A stretch of DNA of 49,475 nt, from the IMG/VR virus record IMGVR_UViG_3300017700_000528, positions 1 through 49,475 of that record; one strand, 5' to 3'. Under the pieces are notes generated by a model. It was not told the origin of the DNA, searched no databases, and saw nothing but the letters and a program-made list of their open reading frames with translations. Positions 44,662 through 49,475 of the stretch are shown in pieces. This stretch comes from a virus. Lineage: Duplodnaviria; Caudoviricetes. A program made the translations under genes and the position numbers. How positions within the stretch are numbered: position 1 is the stretch's first letter; each line of letters begins with the position of its first letter.

Positions 44662-45614
44662 TGACGACTTCTGGAACGTATACCTTCGGCCGCAATCGCG
44701 ACCAGATCATCAAGGCGGCTCTGATCAAGGTCGGCGCTGTTGAGGCTGGTGACACTCCATCGTCCGATGACGTGACCGACGCCGCCGTGTCTCTGAATGC
44801 AATGGTCAAGCATTGGCAGGGCACTGGCGTCCACATCTGGACCGTAGGCGAGGCGACGCTGTTCCTCCAACTCGATCAGGTTCAATACTCGCTCGGATCG
44901 GCCTCGTCCGACCATGCTTCCGAAACTGTGGTGCAAACCGAATTGACGGCCGATGCGATCAGCGGCGCAACTACGATCACCGTGGACTCGATTACCGGAA
45001 TTTCCGCAAGCGATAACGTCGCGGTTCAGGTGGATGACGGGACGCTGCACTGGACCACGGTGAGCGGCGCTCCGTCCGGCTCAACTGTGACGTTGGCAAC
45101 CGGACTGGACGACAGCGCCTCGGACGGCGCGCTGGTGTTTGTCTACACCACGAAACTGATCAGGCCACTCAAGATACTATCGGCACGCCGACACAACTAC
45201 GTATCAAGCCTCGATACGCCGATGGATGAGCAGGACCGCATCGAATACCAGGAGATGCCGAACAAGGCGACCGAGGCGACGCCAACCTCGTTCTTCTATG
45301 ACCGGCGCGGCGGGGCTAATGCGCTCGGCCGCATCCACGTATGGCCGGAACCAGCAAGCGTCGAGGATGCGGTAAAATTCACGTTCGCCCGCCCCATTCA
45401 GGATTTCACGGTTGCCGGCGACGATCCAGACCTTCCCCAAGAGTGGATCGACTGCATGATCTACAACTTGGCTCTCCGCATGGCCGACGACTACGATGTG
45501 CCGGACAGCAAGTACACCCGCATTGAAAAGATGGCCGCTCGGCTTCTTGCTGAAATGCAGTGGCACGAGATGGAGCTTGGAACCATATCGTTTGCGCCGG
45601 ACATGCGACGCTGA
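44661..45614 (+). CDS. Head-tail adaptor (P22 gp4 position)
   Basis: II..AL..VG, LNAM...W and DLPQEW.....YNLA.R. Confidence 0.75.
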   Translation: MTTSGTYTFGRNRDQIIKAALIKVGAVEAGDTPSSDDVTDAAVSLNAMVKHWQGTGVHIWTVGEATLFLQLDQVQYSLGSASSDHASETVVQTELTADAISGATTITVDSITGISASDNVAVQVDDGTLHWTTVSGAPSGSTVTLATGLDDSASDGALVFVYTTKLIRPLKILSARRHNYVSSLDTPMDEQDRIEYQEMPNKATEATPTSFFYDRRGGANALGRIHVWPEPASVEDAVKFTFARPIQDFTVAGDDPDLPQEWIDCMIYNLALRMADDYDVPDSKYTRIEKMAARLLAEMQWHEMELGTISFAPDMRR

Positions 45615-47029
45615 TGGCGGTTATCCAGTTTGCCAGCCGGTCATATTTCCACCCGTCGCTCCCGATCTCAGCTCAGCACGCCGTCAATATGTTCGCGGAG
45701 AAGCAGCCGCCGGACGCCAAGACTCCGGTAGCGCTACTGGGATGCCCAGGTCTTATCGAGTTCGCCAACCTTGCCGGGAGTCGCGTGCGTGGCTTTACGG
45801 TCATGGGCGGTGTTCTCTACGCGGTGGGGGATACGACGCTCTATAGCGTATCGTCGGCCGGCGTGGTGACCGCACTAGGCGGTGCCGTTTCTGGCACCGA
45901 CCCCGTCTCGATGGACAACAACGGAACGCAGATTTCCATCGTCAACGGGACGAACGGCTACATCTACAGCGTAGCCGCCGGCTTCACACTTATCTCTGAC
46001 GCCGACTTTGAGGCCGCTAAAACCGTCCGGTTCTTCAATCAGCGGTTCGTGTTCGATGAAACCGGGACTGGACGCATCCGCATCTCGGATTCGCTGGACG
46101 GTACCTCGCACCAGGCGTTGGCATTCAGTACGGCTGAGTCACGCCCCGACAATGTGATGGCGGTCGAGGTTCTCGGCCAAATCCTTTACGTGCTGGGAGA
46201 AAAGACCATCGAGCTTTACCACGACGTAGGGGCGCCTAACTTCCCGTTCGAGCGCATCCCCGGTGCCGTGGTCGAGCGCGGGATTGCTTCATCGCTCTGC
46301 GTCGCGAAAGAGGACAACGCGATCTTCACGCTTGGCGATGACAAGCAATTCTATCGTGTCTCCGGTCAGCAGATGCAGCGGGCCAGCGATCACGGCGCGG
46401 AATGGTCATGGGAAGGCTACGCCGCGATATCTGATGCCTTTGCGTTCGGCTGGACGTTCTCTGGTCATAAGTTCGTCACCGTGACGTTCCCGACAGCCAA
46501 TAAAACTTGGACCTTGGATATATCGACCGGCATCTGGCACGAGCGCGAGTCACACGACAGCAACGGTAATTCGCTCGGCCGGTGGCGGGCCAACTGCTAC
46601 GCCGAGTGCTACGGCAAGAAGCTGGTCGGTGACGCCTTCTCCGGCAAGATCGGCTACATGGACGAGGACACGTTTACCGAGTTCGGCAATCAGATGATCG
46701 GGCTGGCCGCGGCCCCGCCGATCCACTCCGACCGCTCGCGCGTGTTTCATCGTCGCATTGAACTGGACGTTGAAAGCGGTGTCGGCATTGAAGGCTCGGG
46801 GCAGGGCTCCGATCCGCAAATCATGCTGGACTACTCGGACGATGGCGGGCGGACCTATTCCAGCCGCCAAATGTGGCGTTCGATGGGGCGATCAGGTCAG
46901 TACCGCAAGCGCCTGCGCTGGCTGCGGATGGGGCAGTCTCGCAATCGCATCTATCGGGTGTCTGTTTCCGATCCTGTGCGCCGGACTATTGTTGCCGCTC
47001 ACGTTGACGCCAAGCCCGGCCTGTCATGA
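45614..47029 (+). CDS. P22 gp10-like DNA stabilization/tail hub protein
   Basis: AES.PD, G..TIE, TW..D..T..WHER, S.DGG.T, G.Y..R..W.R.G and VSDPV. Confidence 0.85.
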   Translation: MAVIQFASRSYFHPSLPISAQHAVNMFAEKQPPDAKTPVALLGCPGLIEFANLAGSRVRGFTVMGGVLYAVGDTTLYSVSSAGVVTALGGAVSGTDPVSMDNNGTQISIVNGTNGYIYSVAAGFTLISDADFEAAKTVRFFNQRFVFDETGTGRIRISDSLDGTSHQALAFSTAESRPDNVMAVEVLGQILYVLGEKTIELYHDVGAPNFPFERIPGAVVERGIASSLCVAKEDNAIFTLGDDKQFYRVSGQQMQRASDHGAEWSWEGYAAISDAFAFGWTFSGHKFVTVTFPTANKTWTLDISTGIWHERESHDSNGNSLGRWRANCYAECYGKKLVGDAFSGKIGYMDEDTFTEFGNQMIGLAAAPPIHSDRSRVFHRRIELDVESGVGIEGSGQGSDPQIMLDYSDDGGRTYSSRQMWRSMGRSGQYRKRLRWLRMGQSRNRIYRVSVSDPVRRTIVAAHVDAKPGLS

Positions 47030-47466
47030 CGATCACGGCAGCCGCTACCGGGACCCCGATCGCAAAGCCGAGCGGGGCGCTGCGGTTCGTTGACGAAAAT
47101 GGGATGCTGACCGACCACGGCCTGCAACTGTTGACGGGCTGGCGCGAGTTCATCGTTGGGACGAACCGGATCATTCCGTGCAATGCGTCTGGGACCAACG
47201 TCATAACATTGACGCCGCTCACGAGTGGGCCGCTGATTGAGAAGTACGTTGATTATGAGGCGTTCGCATTCACGGCCGCCAACAACTCGTCGGGCGACGT
47301 GACGGCAACCGTCGTTCCTCGCAAGGGCACCTTAGCGACGCTCAAGGTCTACAAAACTGACGGAGCTGCGCAGGCAACGACCGGCGATGTGGTGGCCAAC
47401 AGCGTTTACCTCGCTTTGTACGCCGACCATCTGGACGGTGGGGCAGGCGGGTTCGTGCTAAAATGA
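47026..47466 (+). CDS. Tail accessory protein
   Basis: VDENG.LT..G...L motif; follows gp10-like gene. Confidence 0.65.
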   Translation: MTITAAATGTPIAKPSGALRFVDENGMLTDHGLQLLTGWREFIVGTNRIIPCNASGTNVITLTPLTSGPLIEKYVDYEAFAFTAANNSSGDVTATVVPRKGTLATLKVYKTDGAAQATTGDVVANSVYLALYADHLDGGAGGFVLK

Positions 47467-47933
47467 ACTACGCAGTCACGGTGACGGCTGCGATCGATAT
47501 CCCGCAGCCTTCCATGCGCAAGAAGGTCAACCTCCTTGAAGGTGAGATGCGGAAGCACGAGCCGGTAGAGATCCCGGTGAAGCACCATTTCTCGCAAGGC
47601 GTCTATGCGAGAGAGATCACGATCCCGGCCGGCACGTTGCTGACTGGCAAGATTCACAAGTTCGAGCAACTGAACATTCTTTCGGCCGGCGAAATCTCGG
47701 TTCTGACCGAGGACGGCATCAAGCGGGTGAGCGCTCCGTTCACGGTCGTCTCGCCGCCAGGAACGAAGCGGATTGCCTACGCGCACACTGAATGCGTCTG
47801 GACAACGATCCACGGCACCACAGAGACAGACCTAGAGAAGATCGAAAGCCATTTCATTGCGCAATCAGATGCTGATTACCAAGCGTTCATCGAGAGCACG
47901 CAAGTCAAGGAGATCGCCCAATGTCATGGGTAG
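47463..47933 (+). CDS. Cupin-like protein
   Basis: HHFSQGVYAREITIPAG..L.GKIH and PG.KR. Confidence 0.7.
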   Translation: MNYAVTVTAAIDIPQPSMRKKVNLLEGEMRKHEPVEIPVKHHFSQGVYAREITIPAGTLLTGKIHKFEQLNILSAGEISVLTEDGIKRVSAPFTVVSPPGTKRIAYAHTECVWTTIHGTTETDLEKIESHFIAQSDADYQAFIESTQVKEIAQCHG

Positions 47934-48598
47934 CGGTTGCGATTGGCGGTAGCGCCCTCATCGGGGGCGGCGCCTCCCTATTGGCGGCAGACAAACAATC
48001 GGACGCGGCTGGGCAGGCTCTGGCCTTCCAGAAACAGACCGATGCTCGGAACCAGCAGAACTTCGAGCCCTATCTCGGCATCGGCAAGGACGCCACCAAC
48101 AAGCTCAGCGGCATCATGTCTGGAGACATGACCAACTTTTTCGCCTCGCCGGACTACCAATTTCGGTTTGGCGAAGGGATGCGCGGACTGGAGAACTCGG
48201 CCGCAGCGCGCGGCGGGCTGCTGTCCGGCAACTTCCTCCGCGGCGCGACCGACTACGGCCAGAAAGCCGCATCGCAGGAGTTCGGCAATTACTGGAACCG
48301 GCTCCAGGAGACGGCTCGGCTCGGACAGAACAGCGCGGCGGGCTCTGGCGCGCTTGGTGTGCAGTCGGCCGGCCAGATCGGCAATACTACGATGGCACAG
48401 GGTGCGGCCGACGCATCGGGCTACGTCGGCGCCGCTAATGCGGTCACGGGCGGCGCACAGAACTACCTTTTCATGAACGCCATGCAGAACCGCCCCGGCT
48501 CTGTCTATTCCGGCTCCTCTGCGATCGGCGGCGGCTATGGCAATTCGGCGGGCCAGTACAATCCGAACGTGCCCGGCGGCTTCCTGGGGTATTCGTAA
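47921..48598 (+). CDS. DNA ejection protein (P22 gp7-like)
   Basis: Gly/Ala-rich N-terminus; SPDYQF and AAARGGLLSG. Confidence 0.78.
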   Translation: MSWVAVAIGGSALIGGGASLLAADKQSDAAGQALAFQKQTDARNQQNFEPYLGIGKDATNKLSGIMSGDMTNFFASPDYQFRFGEGMRGLENSAAARGGLLSGNFLRGATDYGQKAASQEFGNYWNRLQETARLGQNSAAGSGALGVQSAGQIGNTTMAQGAADASGYVGAANAVTGGAQNYLFMNAMQNRPGSVYSGSSAIGGGYGNSAGQYNPNVPGGFLGYS

Positions 48599-49475
48599 AT
48601 GGCTGAGAACCTCCTAGCCCTCGCCGTCAAACCGCTGGACGTTGCCACACCAATTCTACAGGCGCGGCGCGCTCAGAGTATGGAAGCTGAGACGCAACAG
48701 AACCAATTTAAGTTGCGTCAGGAAGAGATGGGCGCCGAGTTTCGTGGGCTGGCCCCTTATGCCAACTCCCCCGAGTTCGGCGCAAAGTGGACCGAATCTA
48801 TGGACCGCCTCGCACAGCGAGGTATCCTTGATCCGCAGCGCCACGCCCAAATTCGCAACACGCCATCCCCCCTGCTGTTGCAGCAAGGCTTGGCGATGAC
48901 GACTTCGCCAGACCTTCAGTTCCGGCAGAGTGAAGCCACGCGAGCGCAGGGCAATACCGATCGCGAGTTCTCGGAAGGCCGCAGGCGTTTCGACGTGACC
49001 GCATCGCGCCAAGCCCCGGCGATGTGGGAGCCGGCCCCAGATGGCGGCGGCGTTCGCCCCGTTCCCGGCGGCACGGCCGATCCGAAATACATCGCAACTG
49101 TGCAGGGCGCGCAGGCAGAACGCGCTGGCGAGACGGTCAACCAGCAGGTCGTGGCGCGCGAGCAGCAGGCCAGGAGGCTCAATCTTGACCTTAATGACAC
49201 GCAGGTGCGCGGATGGATTCTCACTGGTAAGCAGCCCCCCGAAAAGCCCCCGCTCACTGCCGGCGATCACAAGGTCATCATTGATGCGGAAACCGAAGTC
49301 ACCAGTCTAGATGACGTGCTGAAGAACCTCCGCCGCGCCAAGGAACTGGTCCCGCAAGCATATGCTGGTGCTGGCGGCGGTGTACGCGGTCGGATCGGTG
49401 ACGCGCTCCCAGACTTGATGGTGCCGGATATTTTCGCGGCGCCAGGAAGATCCGCCAACACGGTCGAACTGAACC
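48599..49475 (+). CDS. N-terminal part of the origin-spanning ejection protein (continues to 500)
   Basis: ATG right after the previous TAA; open to the end of the window and in frame with 63..500. Confidence 0.75.
   Translation, partial: MAENLLALAVKPLDVATPILQARRAQSMEAETQQNQFKLRQEEMGAEFRGLAPYANSPEFGAKWTESMDRLAQRGILDPQRHAQIRNTPSPLLLQQGLAMTTSPDLQFRQSEATRAQGNTDREFSEGRRRFDVTASRQAPAMWEPAPDGGGVRPVPGGTADPKYIATVQGAQAERAGETVNQQVVAREQQARRLNLDLNDTQVRGWILTGKQPPEKPPLTAGDHKVIIDAETEVTSLDDVLKNLRRAKELVPQAYAGAGGGVRGRIGDALPDLMVPDIFAAPGRSANTVELN
49353..49475. repeat. Terminal direct repeat, right copy
   Basis: Identical to 1-123. Confidence 0.97.

Noticed and set aside
49353-49475. Biological terminal repeat of the virion DNA
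   Set aside because: Falls in mid-gene and is k-mer sized; best explained as assembly overlap, and a P22-like TerL suggests headful packaging.

Overview
The window is a complete, circularly permuted temperate phage genome of 49,352 bp unique sequence. Bases 1-123 are repeated at 49353-49475, and one gene runs across the join. It is GC-rich and most likely infects an alphaproteobacterium (Hyphomicrobiales-like). The virion module is P22-like/podoviral: TerS, a TerL split into two genes, portal, GroES, scaffold, capsid, two tail spike/fibre genes, a gp10-like hub and three ejection proteins. It also carries an elaborate lysis cassette, attP as the 3' half of tRNA-Thr(GGT), a tyrosine integrase and Xis, an ERF/exonuclease recombination module, a lambda-like cI/cro switch with six 17-bp operators, and replication genes. 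The most notable element is an intact 1,978-bp IS1595-family transporter IS (23-bp TIRs, 8-bp TSD) carrying a small basic ORF and a PAPS-reductase-like cargo gene. Its single TIR mismatch makes a -35 box at one end and an in-frame ATG for the interrupted phage gene at the other. Other highlights are the split large terminase, a highly structured late leader in which one gene sits in the loop of a long-range inverted repeat, and a two-catalytic-domain membrane-anchored endolysin next to an RlpA-like enzyme. All function calls come from motif recognition and gene order; no searches were run.
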